Part shown: in pieces, positions 12,801-37,730 of the stretch
Layout of the letters: every line of letters begins with the position of its first letter
Position numbering within the stretch: position 1 is the first letter of the stretch
The notes under the pieces: model-generated
The model's input: the letters and a program-made list of their open reading frames with translations, nothing else
Databases searched by the model: none
What the model was told of the DNA's origin: nothing
Assembly: GCA_002269645.1 (NCBI GenBank)
Contig: NIVC01000673.1
Span: 186,001 to 250,000, forward strand
Direction of reading: 5' to 3'
DNA: 64,000 nt
From: Macrostomum lignano
Taxonomy: Eukaryota
Program-made: the position numbers and the translations under genes

Positions 12801-15800
12801 TGTGGCCCGAGGTAAGTGAGTCTGGCCCGCGTGAAGGCGGGACAGATGCTGACGAAATGCTCAGCGGTTTCGTCACCTGAGTTGCAGAAACTACAGGTGG
12901 CGTTGGTGGCGTTGCCCTGCAGGTACTGGTGCCTGGAGAAGCAGCCGTGACCAGAGAGGGTCATGGTGGCAGCCCGGATGTCTCTGCGCGAGAGGCGCAA
13001 GAGGAGCTTCCGGAGCTGGTGAGAGGGCTGAGGGACAGCGCCTCTGGATTGCCTGCAGTTCGTGCGGTTCGCCCAAGTCGAGCGGTGCTGAGTCCTGATC
13101 CACGCTTTGATGCGCGAGTCGATGACACAGCCAGGAATCGGGACAAGAGGTTCGGGGCCGAGAGAGGAGCCGGAGGCACCAACTTTTGCAAGGGTGTCAG
13201 CCAACTCATTTCCTCGGATCCCCACATGCCCCGGAACCCACTTAAGGGTAATTTTGTTGGCGGAACCCAACACATTGAGGAGTTTGATACAGTCAAGGAC
13301 TGTAGCAGAGTTGGTGCTGCAGCCACTGATGGCGTGCAAGGCAGCTTGGCTGTCCGAATGGAAAATGATGTTCTTACCAGTAACGCCAGTGGCGAGAAGC
13401 TCTGCAGTGCAGGAGCTGATGACCAGAACTTCATTTTGGAAAACACTGGAGTTGACCCCAGTGTATTGAGCGTGGGTAGCGATGACCCTCCCGTTCAGAA
13501 AGATTCCAACACCAAAGCCGGTGTTGGCTGACTGCTTAGAACCGTCGGTGTAGCAATGAAGCTCACCAGGGTTCCAATGGTCATTGATGTTATCGCGCGA
13601 GTCGATAGCTACGGAGTAGCGCTGTCTCAGGTTGAGCGTTGAGGCAATGCCATCGGTGAAGACGCGATTGGCCTAACACTCGTTGAGAAAGTTGAGGCAC
13701 AGATCGCTATGCGGGACAAGGTTCCGCTTAGCAGGTGCTCTCATGTAAATGAATTTGACGCCGGCATCAATTAGACGCCGCGTCGTTCTAGCCGCCTCAC
13801 CCCTGATGAAGAGGTCAAGAGGCGGAAGATTAAGAAAGGCCCCCATGCCAGCAAAGGGCGTGGACCTGGTGGCGTTGCAGATGAGCCTACACGCTCTGCC
13901 TTGGATCGTGTTGAGCAGGTCTGCATGGCTTTTGACCTGGGTAGCGCTAACCCAGACAACAGAGGCGTACGTAATGGCAGGTCTAACTACGGAAGTATAG
14001 ATCCACCAAAGCCGCTTTGGGGATAGACCCCAAGAAGTGCCAAGTGCTCGTCGGAGCTGGGCCAGGATGGCTGAGGCACGCTTAGCTTTTGCTTTCACGT
14101 GGAAGGACCAGTTGAGCCGGTGGTCAAGTGTGACCCCGAGACATCTGGTCTGGTGCGCGAAGGCAATATCTCTGCCGTAGAGCTGCAGAGGACGTATGTT
14201 CCAGCGTAGTCTGCTGGTAAACATAATGGCAACGGTTTTGGGCTCAGAGAGTTCCAAACCATTGTCATTGGCCCAGGATTCTGCTTTGCGGATAAAGCTC
14301 TGCATCAGATCCCTGAGCGTGCTGGGAGACGGTCCTGCCACAATGGCCGTGACGTCATCAGCATACCCGACTTTGAAGACGGGGTCAGGTCGGGAGTCAC
14401 TCAGAAGAGCGTCCATGACCAGGTTCCAGAGCGTCGGGGTGAGGACTCCGCCTTGGGGTCCACCCTTACAGACTCTGGTGGAGGCAGTTTGCCCAAGAAG
14501 TTGGGCAGTGACCGTACGGTTGGAGATCATGTACATGATCCACCGTATGAGGGTAGCATGAGCTTTGCGATTTTGAAGGGCCCTCTGAAACGCTTCAAAG
14601 ATAACGTTGTCGAAGGCGCCAACAATGTCAAGAAAGAGAGCCAGGGCGTAACCGTCACCCAGTACCGCCCGTTCAATCTTTTCGACAATCGCATGCAGGG
14701 CGCTGTCAGTCGACCTCCCGGTACGGAAGGCGTGCTGATTATTGCTGAGGGGCATCGCTGTCAGCTCGCAGGAGAGCAGCCGCCAGAGAATAAGCCTCTC
14801 AGTGAGCTTAAGCATTGCTGACGTTAAGCTAATTGGCCGGAAGGCCTTGACGCTTTGGTAGTCACCCTTCCCAGGTTTGGGAATAAAGACTACTCGAGCT
14901 TCAGTCCAGCTTTTGGGAACGTATCCCAGCTGGATAGATGCCCGCATAAGATTGCGGGTGAGTCTCAGGAACGAGGGTATCTTGGCTGCTTCACGAAGGA
15001 GAACAGGGTAGATACCATCAGGTCCAGGAGATTTGAAGGGTTTGAAGGTTCTGACCGCACGAGCGATTAGGTCTTCAGTGACAATGCCCGCCGCTAGGGT
15101 GGCTCCATCCATCGAATGGTTGGGCTCCGGTCTAGCAGTAGGTACCCTCGGGAAGAATGTGCTAAGCATATGCTGAAGCACTTCTTCAGGGTCTTTAGTA
15201 AGAGAGCCATCATCTTTTTTGATCATGGCTAATTTGGACATTTTGTCCATTGTAAGGGCCTTGACAAGCCTAGAAGTAGGTCTGTCTTGATCCAATTCAT
15301 TGCAGAATTGGCGCCACTTACATTCCTTGGCCTTGCGCACTTCAGATTTGAAATTGCGGGAGGCTTGCCGGAAAAGCTCCATGTCCTCCGGGTTTCCGGT
15401 CTTCATGGCACGGCGATGAAGGCTTTTGGCCTTCCGCCTGAGTTTCCCCAGCTCCGGGTTCCACCACGGCGCCGAGGTCTTGCCTCTGTAGGCGCGAGCA
15501 GGACAAGCCGCTTCGTAGGCTGCAATAATGCAACCTGTCAGCGTCTCAGCCATATGATCCACATCCTCGCAGGTCTCAATCGGACGTAAGTCCGTGAGTT
15601 CCTGCAGGTGCAGATCAAGGGCAGCCTTGTAGGCCGCCCAATCAGTGTTGCGGATATTGCGTCTCCAAGTGATCGGAGACTGGGTTTTAGTGTCCGCGAT
15701 ATTAAAGGCGATAAAGCAGTGGTCAGACAGGGAGGGCTCCTCAGACCAGACTCTCCACTCCTTGACTCTGTCAAAGAGTCTTGGGGTAACGAGTGTGGCG

Positions 15801-18800
15801 TCGAGGACCTCGGTCCATCTGCCATTATTAAAGGTAGGAGTGCTGCCGCGGTTGCAGAGCATGAGGTTTGTGTTAGAGATGAGGGCCAGAAGCTCCTCTC
15901 CTCTAGTGTTGGTATCTTTGCTGCCCCAGTGCTTGTGGTGCGCGTTGAGGTCGCCCCCTAAGCACAGCTCAGCGTTCTGGGACTCGCAGTACTGCGCAAG
16001 GCGCAGTAAACTCTCGGGAGCAGGGTCTCTGTCGCCTGGGATATAAACCGAGGCAACAAGACACGTACGCGGAGAGAAATGATTAGATTGGATGACGCAA
16101 AGGTCTCCATCAGAGAGATCAGTCCTCAGCCAAGCCTGGAGATGGCTAGCAGCGAGGATAGCCGCTCTAGGGCGGCTGTTCCCCGGGCCACACACATAAA
16201 AATCAGAGTAGCCAGAGGGAATGTTGGGCAACTTACCGTTGCGCATCCAGGGTTCCTGGATCAGGATGAGGCCTGGCCTGTACAGCTCAGCAATCTTCAT
16301 CAGATTTACTGACGCAGATACGCAATGCTGTAAATTTATTTGCAGACAGAATGTCGCTCCTTTGGCAGCGTGGAGCTGAGTCATACTGTATTAAATGCAA
16401 TATCTGGCTAGAGCCCAGGGCCATCAAGGAGACTTGGACAACAGATCGTCCTCGTCCCAGGCCGCTGGGGCTTGACTGGGAGATGGGAGTTGGTCGACGT
16501 CCATGGCCTCCTCACCCCCACCGGCCCCCCCAGCAGAGTCCTCAGGCTCCGATGACAGGATGGAGGAAGCTTCCTCACCTGCATCTTTACCTTCAGACCC
16601 CACCAAGGTGGCCGAGGAGAGCTCGGATTCCGAAGACCCGGCCTCGTCCTCAACTCCTTCTCCGACTGGCAGGTTTGGTTCCCGGGGCTCGGCCGGAGCC
16701 GTTACCGCGGTCGCCGAACTGCTGCTAGCAGAGGGGCGAGATGCAGCTTTGGCTTTGGGATCGGCTTGCGCCTTTCCTTGGGCCTTATACTGCGCCCCGC
16801 TCTTGCCGGAGATGCCGGGGTTGGCAGTAGCCTTCCCTTTGGCAGACTTTCCTCGGCGCAACTTGAGCTTGAGGGCACCCAGCTGGAAAGAGGATCCATT
16901 GGGGTACCGACTCGCCCAAGTGCTGGAAAGGCCGAGGACAATTGAGTTGCCCGTCTCCCCCCTGCGGACTTTACGGTGATACACCAGTCCACTAGCAGGG
17001 AGGTCGGGGTTCAGACGCAGTAGGACCCGGCGAATAACGTCTGGTCCAGCTGCGGTGCTCTTAGCAGGGACGAAAACCACATAGGGTATCGTCTTTGGAC
17101 GCTGGCCCTCGCGAAGAAAAAGAGCTCCGCCAAGGTCAGCATCCAAGGAGACCGTCGGTAGCCGCTGGAGCAGCCGCCGAGCGTCCTCCTCGCTGCTAGG
17201 AGCAATAAGAACGAATGTGCTTCGCAGCACCATCCGCTCAACGCCGATGGAGATTCCCTCCTCGACAGTCAGCTCAATCAGATAGGAGTCAACAGCACTC
17301 CACACTTTTTGAAGCTGATCAGTGGTCCAGTCCTGGTCGCGACCTTGGATGATCACTCCCGGGATTTTGGCCTTGGCCTTCGCCGCAAAGGTAGCTCCCG
17401 AAGGAACCTCCTTGTTGGCAGTGGCCATTTGTTGCGCCGTGGTTTCGGCCTCAGCAGCCGCGGCAGCAGCTCCAGGGAGCGCCGCCGCTGAACTACTGGA
17501 GCTTCCACCGGCCGGCCCGCCTGGTTGCCTTGGGACTCCAGTCGCTTCAGCATCCATGGTGGACGCCGCCGCTTTGGCCCCCGCAGCTCCCTTCTTGGCC
17601 TGCCTTTTGGCGCGTTGTTTAGCGCGTTTGCGCTCAAGCCGAGCCCGCTGAGCTTCATCGGATCTGCCAGATTTGGCCGGTCCTTTAGGCTCAGAGCTCG
17701 CGGTTCCCTTAGATCCACCAGCGGAGCTGGCAGGTCTTAGGGTATTTTGAGTTTGGTAGCTCTGGCGTATTCAGCATGCCAGTGAAGTATGAGACAGACT
17801 AGGCCCATGGGCTAAGGTCTGCGATGCTTCACGCCTGCCCCTATCTTCAGCAGGTCAAGGCTGGTGGGAGGTCTGCACCCTCTATTTGCCTCTGGCTGCC
17901 GCAGACCCCCCCCCCCCACGCTGTCTCGCAAGTCGACCCAGGGTACTCGTCCCCGCGTGTGTTCAAGGCAGTCCCTAGGGCTGCTGGACAGACTGGGCTC
18001 CGGCGCTGGCGACCCTATCCAGTGGCTTCGGCCGAATTTGGGTATGCGGGTCTGGCTCGCCAACCTGCAGGCCGTGGTACTGCTCAACGTACTCTCTAAT
18101 GCCTAAGGTGTTGACCGTGCCGATGGGCTGGAAGGCCGGGGAGTAGTCCGGTCGCAAGCGGTCCCCCTCCTGGTGTCGGGCCAGCCTTGAGGGTGCTATT
18201 GGCCTACTGCCCGGTCAGGTGGAGCGGCCGGGTGGGTACCGCGCCCCTTTGAGGGTAGCCCACCAACCTTTTATCATGGCCTTCGAGCCGACTATGGATA
18301 AACAAGCTATTTCTAGGGACGGGGACCCTTCTAAACCCCAACCTCAGTCCGAAGGACCGGCCGGCCCTGCTGGCAGATCCCAACCGACTGATTCAACTGT
18401 GGCAAAGGAAGGACCGGCTGGCTCTGCTGGCAGATCCGACCCAGATCCTCACTTGCTGGGCCATGCAGCCTCCCAGATCCTCAGTTGCTGGGCTAGCCTC
18501 CCAGATCCTCACTTGCTGGGCCAGCCTCCCAGATCCTCAGTCGCTGAGCTAGCCTCCCAGATCCTCACTTGCTGGGCCATGCAGCCTCCCAGATCCTCAG
18601 TTGCTGGGCCAGCCTCCCAGATCCTCACTTGCTGGGCCATGCAGCCTCCCAGATCCTCACTTGCTGGGCTAGCCTCCCAGATCCTCACTTGCTGGGCTAG
18701 CCTCCCAGATCCTCACTTGCTGGGCCATGCAGCCTCCCAGATCCTCAGTTGCTGGGCCAGCCTCCCAGATCCTCACTTGCTGGGCCATGCAGCCTCCCAG

Positions 18801-20254
18801 ATCCTCACTTGCTGGGCTAGCCTCCCAGATCCTCACTTGCTGGGCTAGCCTCCCAGATCCTCACTTGCTGGGCCAGCCTCCCAGATCCTCAGCCGCTGAG
18901 CTAGCCTCCCAGATCCTCGGTTGCTGGGCCAGCCGGCCTCCCAGATCCTCGGTTGCTGGGCCAGCCTCCCAGACCCTCAGCAAGCCGAAATCCCCAGCTC
19001 ACGATCTCAGCTCACCACCCCTCCGCAGGTGGTGCTGGCGCACGCCACCCACCTGTACCTGGACCACCAGCAGGAGCCGGATCCCGAGGAGCGCGGTCTC
19101 TACTGGGCCACGCGGTTCATCGACCTGCGCAAGGCGTTCTCGTATGACGCGGCCGACATCTACGCCAACATGCGGGAGGACATCATGGGGCAGCCGGTGA
19201 GCGGCCGAGGGACTGGGATTTTGGGACTGGGATTTCGGGACTGGGATTTCGGGACTGGGATTTCGGGACTGGGACTTAGGGATCGGGATTTCGAGACTCA
19301 CACCAAGTGCCGCACCATCCCAGGTGGACGTGAAGGCCACCTGCTCGCAGCGCGGAGGCTGCGCCAGTCTCCATCAGCCCGGCAACATCATTGGCCTGAG
19401 CGGCGCTCTGTGGGGCGAGACTCTGCAGGCGGAGCAGCTGGCCCTCCCAATGCTGCTGCCGCGGCTGCTGGCTGTGGCCGAGCGGGCCTGGCACCGCGCC
19501 AGCTGGGAGGCCGCCAAGGACCCGCCGGCCCTGAGAGATGCGCTGCTGGCCGCTGACTGGGCCGCCTTCGTTGACGCGGTGAGCAGGCGGGAGCTGTCGC
19601 GGCTGTCCCGTCTGAGGATTCCGTTTACCCTGCCGCCGCCTGCGGCTCTGCGCAGCCCGGCGTCCGGGAGGGTCCGCCTGAGCCACCAGATGCCGCACAA
19701 TGTCCGCCTGCTGTACGCCTTTGCGGGCTCCGGCAGGGGCGAGCATTGGGAGGAGGCAGCGAGGCACGGGGACGAGGTTGCTGTGCCTGATGGAGCAGTG
19801 AGGATGCTGCTGAAGGCTGGGTGAGTGATCTGCTGGTTGCTGTGCCTGATGGAGCGGTGATCGATTTCGGATATCCATTATCGATTTCGGTCACTAATTA
19901 TCGATTTTGGTTGACTATTATCGATTTCGGTCATCAATTATTGATTTAGTTGATCCATTATCGATCGGGATCACTAACGCTCTCTCCCGATCCCTCCACG
20001 CCAGCTTCGGGGACCCCGGCAACCGCCATGAGAGCTACATCGAGAGTCGCACCGTCCAGCTGCCGCTGACGGCTTCATCAGCCTCCGGCCAGCTTCTCCG
20101 CGAGCCCGGCCGGCCGCCATCGGCGAATGGCGTCGAAGGGGCGGCCAAGTCGACGGCCCTGCGCTGGCTGCTGCTGCTGCTGCTGGCAGCGGCTGCTGTC
20201 GGCCTCGCCTGCTTCGCCTGCTGCTGGGCCAGCCTGCCTCCGAGAGGCTCCTGA
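6801..20254 (+). CDS. Bacterial-type chitobiase / beta-N-acetylhexosaminidase (CHB_HEX + GH20b + GH20), ~1025 aa; exons 6801-6912, 7604-8066, 8402-8623, 9116-9944, 11289-11825, 19029-19196, 19324-19820, 20005-20254
   Basis: All seven introns are GT-AG and phase-compatible; exon total 3078 nt = 1026 codons. Motifs: WRMYF..HVNGYLHYLEPT, RYDAFPNWY, PRFEYRGLMLDVARN, LNKLHLHLSDDEG, EVIPE|VDMPAH, catalytic FGGDE, GWEDG, HLYLDH..EPDPEERGLYWATRF, LWGET, RLLAVAERAWH. These follow the Serratia chitobiase (Chb) layout. Exon 1 (N-terminal hydrophobic anchor) is the least certain. Confidence 0.88.
8115..8375. repeat. ~47-bp AT-rich minisatellite in chitobiase intron 2
   Basis: Unit cctacttacagtagaaatgcaagacaatagcatcgtattttaattat, ~5.5 copies. 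Confidence 0.9.
8770..9110. repeat. 17-bp (ctctctcaccctccctg) and ~21-bp (ccgcaagactcgaacccccaa) minisatellites in chitobiase intron 3
   Basis: Visible tandem copies ending at the acceptor 9114-9115. Confidence 0.88.
9962..11215. repeat. 21-bp minisatellite (ctgatccccatcactatccct) in chitobiase intron 4, interrupted at 10454-10812 by a copy of 8738-9129
   Basis: Visible tandem copies; the internal segment matches the intron-3/exon-4 junction. Confidence 0.9.
12644..16384 (-). pseudogene. LINE ORF2 (APE endonuclease-RT-RNase H-zinc knuckle) with one in-frame TAG at 13673-13675
   Basis: APE motifs QINLQH, LIQEPW, GGDLNAH, SDH. RT motifs KSPGPDG, FRPISL, QHAFR, GPQGGVLTP, YADD. After TGT TAG the same frame continues ANRVF..CYTDGSK..SVFQNEV..HSDSQAAL..KWVPGHVGIRGNELADTLAK (RNase H) and CSFCNSGDETAEHFVSIC. 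Confidence 0.92.
16424..17557 (-). CDS. LINE ORF1 (gag-like/nucleic-acid chaperone), 377 aa from the first ATG; frame open ~70 codons further upstream
   Basis: Long ORF ending 40 nt before the ORF2 ATG; basic K/R-rich and low-complexity segments. Confidence 0.75.
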   Translation of the reverse strand: MDAEATGVPRQPGGPAGGSSSSSAAALPGAAAAAAEAETTAQQMATANKEVPSGATFAAKAKAKIPGVIIQGRDQDWTTDQLQKVWSAVDSYLIELTVEEGISIGVERMVLRSTFVLIAPSSEEDARRLLQRLPTVSLDADLGGALFLREGQRPKTIPYVVFVPAKSTAAGPDVIRRVLLRLNPDLPASGLVYHRKVRRGETGNSIVLGLSSTWASRYPNGSSFQLGALKLKLRRGKSAKGKATANPGISGKSGAQYKAQGKAQADPKAKAASRPSASSSSATAVTAPAEPREPNLPVGEGVEDEAGSSESELSSATLVGSEGKDAGEEASSILSSEPEDSAGGAGGGEEAMDVDQLPSPSQAPAAWDEDDLLSKSP

Positions 20255-20339
20255 CCTCACCTGACCTTTGCCTGGCTTTTGTTGGCCTCTGGGGCTCGTC
20301 TGTGACCTGGCATGACCTTTGACTGGCGTGACTGACTGA

Positions 20340-20795
20340 CTGATTGGTTGATTGGGCTTGACCTCATATGACCCTTGACTGGCTCATGTTAATTGGGCTT
20401 GACCTCATATGACCCTTTACTGGCTCATGTTAATTGGGCTTGACCTCATATGACCCTTGACTGGCTCATGTTAATTGGGCTTGACCTCAATGACCTTTGA
20501 CTGGCCCATGTTTATTGGGCTTGATCTCATGACCTTTGACTGGCTCATGTTAATTGGGCTTGACCTCAATGACCTTTGACTGGCTCATGTTAATTGGGCT
20601 TGACCTCAATGACCTTTGACTGGCCCATGTTTATTGGGCTTGATCTCATGACCTTTGACTGGCTCATGTTAATTGTGCTTGACCTCATATGACCCTTGAC
20701 TGGCTCATGTTAATTGGGCTTGATCTCATGACCTTTGACTGGCTCATGTTAATTGGGCTTGACCTCATTTGACCTTTGACTGGCTCATGCTAATT
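20340..20795. repeat. ~40-bp minisatellite (gacctttgactggctcatgttaattgggcttgacctcaat) 3' of the chitobiase stop
   Basis: About 11 visible tandem copies. Confidence 0.92.
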
Positions 20796-21504
20796 GAGCT
20801 CTGGAGCTCCCCTTGACCTCAAATGACCTCTCCCTACCAACAGTAGTTCACATGCGAAGCTCATGATCTGAATTGATCTTGACCTGTTTTGACCCTGTCT
20901 CTGTCCGACCCCTGACCATCTGTGACCCACCGCAGCCCCCACAGTGTATTCGAGACTGCAGCGACATTCCACTGCTTCACTTTGGTTTTTACTCAATATT
21001 TCTGCAGAAATGTCGCTTTTGAACCAAACCGACAGGTTTTTATCTGTAAAAATTAATTATGATGCACTTTTTTAGAAATATTTTACTGACCTTATTGATA
21101 TTATTATTTCAATATTTCAAGCTTCTGTTCAAAGAGCCAGTTAAAATTATCAATCATATTTCTTTCATTCTCTTCGATTGGCTCCATTTCTGCTGAAACA
21201 GAAATCATTTCATTCGCTTTTTGTCAGCAATTTCTGCTGTGCAAAAATTATTTCGGAAGCAAAATGCGGTACATGCTACTGGCTTGTTGTTTTTAATCCG
21301 AGTTTCTGACCGTGTTTTTAATTAGTAACTTTTTGTGTGCTTTTTGTTTAACCTTGCTAATCTCGATAAATAACACCGGAAGATTCAGTGCGCACACATT
21401 CAAACAAAATTTTGATTTTTACGAAGTACTCGTAGTTGTAATGGATGTCCAAATCCCCAAGGATGTTGAGCTTCTCCATCACACACAAAATATACAGCCT
21501 CTCT

Positions 21505-21612
21505 GTTGCTATGGTAACTGAAGCCACAACGAACATGAAATTTGCTTTTACAGGCTTCGTTAGTCAGTTGCTATGGAAGCTACTTACGCAATAGGCTGGT
21601 TGCTAAGGTAAC
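21505..21612. promoter_or_regulatory. Cluster of three RFX X-box-like motifs
   Basis: GTTGCTATGGTAAC (21505-21518), GTTGCTATGGAAGC (21567-21580) and GTTGCTAAGGTAAC (21599-21612) resemble the GTYNCY-AT-RGNAAC X-box consensus. Confidence 0.55.
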
Positions 21613-22384
21613 CAGTCAAGAGTCTCTAGAGTGCTCTCTGGACTAGACAAATTGTACCAAAGCTTACAGTCACAAACCATGCAGCCATGAAAATTGGCGG
21701 GACTGGAAGCTTTCAGATTTGTAACACTGAATTTCCTATGTCACAATCTGGACTTCCGAATTCCAAATTAAGCAATCATATTTTCTGTCCGAGATGAGCT
21801 CATAAGTTTGTCCAGATAATTTTTGATGAAATGCAAAAGCCCAAACCTGCTGCTTCAATGTATATTGTTCAAAATCTCCGGCTTTGAACACGTCTTTCAT
21901 TATGATTAAAACAAAAAGACCAAGTTTTAGAACCGTTTTGATTCAAGCAGACTTTTACGGTATCAATCTGATGACTTCAAAAAACGGTGAAAACTGTTTT
22001 TCTCAGTGAAAATTGCGTCCATCAGTAGGCTGGATCACGTGACGCTCTGTTGCTGCATTCGCTATGGAGAGCAGCCTCCCTCTCTGCGACTCTGTGCCAT
22101 TGTTCTCACGAAGCCCCGAGCTGCGCCCCTCACCCTGTGCAGCCTCTGCCCGCACTGAGCCAGTTGAATAGAGAGCTTCTATAAGCACATCATTGTTGGC
22201 GTGGAAAGATGCAGAATGCTCAAACCAAACTGCATTGCTGCTAAGGGTGATGAAGGTTTTTTCAAAGTGCTGGCAAGTCTCGAATTATTGAGCTGCAGCA
22301 GAGTAATTACCGCTTTGCTCAGCCGGTGTTGCACGCACCGCAAGGCATCATCAGCACCCGCAACACCAGCACACAGAAAGCCCG

Positions 22385-36543
<14,159 letters not shown>

Positions 36544-36558
<15 letters not shown>

Positions 36559-36905
36559 CAGGTGAGTGACTGAGTCTGATGATTGACAGGTGAGTGACTG
36601 AGGCTGATGATTGACAGGTGAGTGACTGAGGCTGATGATTGACAGGTGAGTGACTGAGGCTGATAATTGACAGGTGAGTGACTGAGGCTGATGATTGACA
36701 GGTGAGTGACTGAGGCTGATGATTGACAGGTGAGTGACTGAGGCTGATGATTGACAGGTGAGTGACTGAGGCTGATGATTGACAGGTGAGTGACTGAGTC
36801 TGATGACTGACAGGTGAGTGACTGAGTCTGATGACTGACAGGTGAGTGACTGAGGCTGATAAGTGACAGGTGAGAGACTGAGGCTGATGATTGACAGGTG
36901 AGTGA
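36544..36905. repeat. 28-bp minisatellite (gaggctgatgattgacaggtgagtgact), ~13 copies, starting across the cGLR stop codon
   Basis: Visible directly; almost every unit contains CAG|GTGAGT. Confidence 0.93.
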
Positions 36906-37029
36906 ATGAAGCAAATTTTTCAGCCTCCCCATTTCCCATTGCAGGCCCAGCCGCACCGCAGCTCAAGGATGTCCGGCTTTGCAGAATTTTTATCGACTTT
37001 TGTGCACCGCGTCTTTTGCCCGTTTTGCC

Positions 37030-37730
37030 CAGCTGACTGACCCAGCTGACTGACCTCAGCCGACTGACCCCCAGCTGACTGACCCCAGCTGACTGACCCT
37101 CAGCTGACTGACCCCAGCTGACTGACCCCAGCTGACTGACCCCAGCTGACTGACCTCAGCTGACTGACCTCAGCTGACTGACCCCGAACTGACTGACCCC
37201 AGCTGACTGACCCCCAGCTGACTGACCCCCAGCTGACTGATCCCCAGCTGACTGACCCTTAGCTGACTGACCCCAGCTGACTGACCTCAGCTGACTGACC
37301 TCAGCTGACTGACCTCAGCTGACTGACCCCCAGCTGACTGACCTCAGCTGACTGACCCTCAGCTGACTGACCCCCAGCTGACTGACCCCGAACTGACTGA
37401 CCCCCCAGCTGACTGAGCCCCAGCTGACTGACCCTTAGCTGACTGACCCCAGCTGACTGACCCCCAGCTGACTGACCTCCAGCTGACTGACCTCCAGCTG
37501 ACGACCCCCAGCTGACTGACCCCCCAGCTGACTGAGCCCCAGCTGACTGACCCCAAGCTGGCTGACCCCACCTGACTGACCCCCAGCTGACTGACCCCCA
37601 GCTGACTGACCCCCAGTTGACTGACCTCAGCTGACTGACCCCCAGCTGACTGACCCCAAGCTGGCTGACCCCACCTGACTGACCCCCAGCTGACTGACTC
37701 CACCTGACTGACCCCAGCTGACGACCCCGC
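37030..37730. repeat. 14-16-bp minisatellite (cccagctgactgac)
   Basis: Directly visible. Confidence 0.95.

Larger units (their letters stand above)
12548..18439 (-). mobile_element. Non-LTR retrotransposon (I-group, LOA-like: ORF1 + APE-RT-RNaseH), ~5.9 kb, antisense in chitobiase intron 5
   Basis: ORF1 and ORF2 (APE, RT, RNase H, C-terminal CxxC..H..C) are present. The 3' tail is TAAGTCAAGTAAGTCA on the minus strand. Candidate TSD cccagatcctc at 12537-12547 and 18440-18450, ambiguous because it lies inside a repeat. Confidence 0.92.
11853..18975. repeat. 28/32-bp minisatellite (cctcccagatcctcagttgctgggccag) split into 11853-12547 and 18440-18975 by a LINE insertion
   Basis: The same unit occurs on both sides of the retrotransposon. 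Confidence 0.92.

Noticed and set aside
17780-18270. HDV-like ribozyme in the LINE 5' region (known for some LOA/RTE elements)
   Set aside because: Hairpins are present (e.g. gtgggaggtctgc/gcagacc..cccac), but I could not fit the nested P1/P2/P3/P1.1 pseudoknot by eye; needs an RNArobo/Infernal search on both strands.
20930-21470. Minus-strand segments bounded by splice-like signals (e.g. MEKLNILGDLDIHYNY.., EMEPIEENERNMIDNF.., KNLSVWFKSDISAE..)
   Set aside because: I could not join them in a stop-free frame and recognised no homology; they may be UTR, non-coding or decayed exons.
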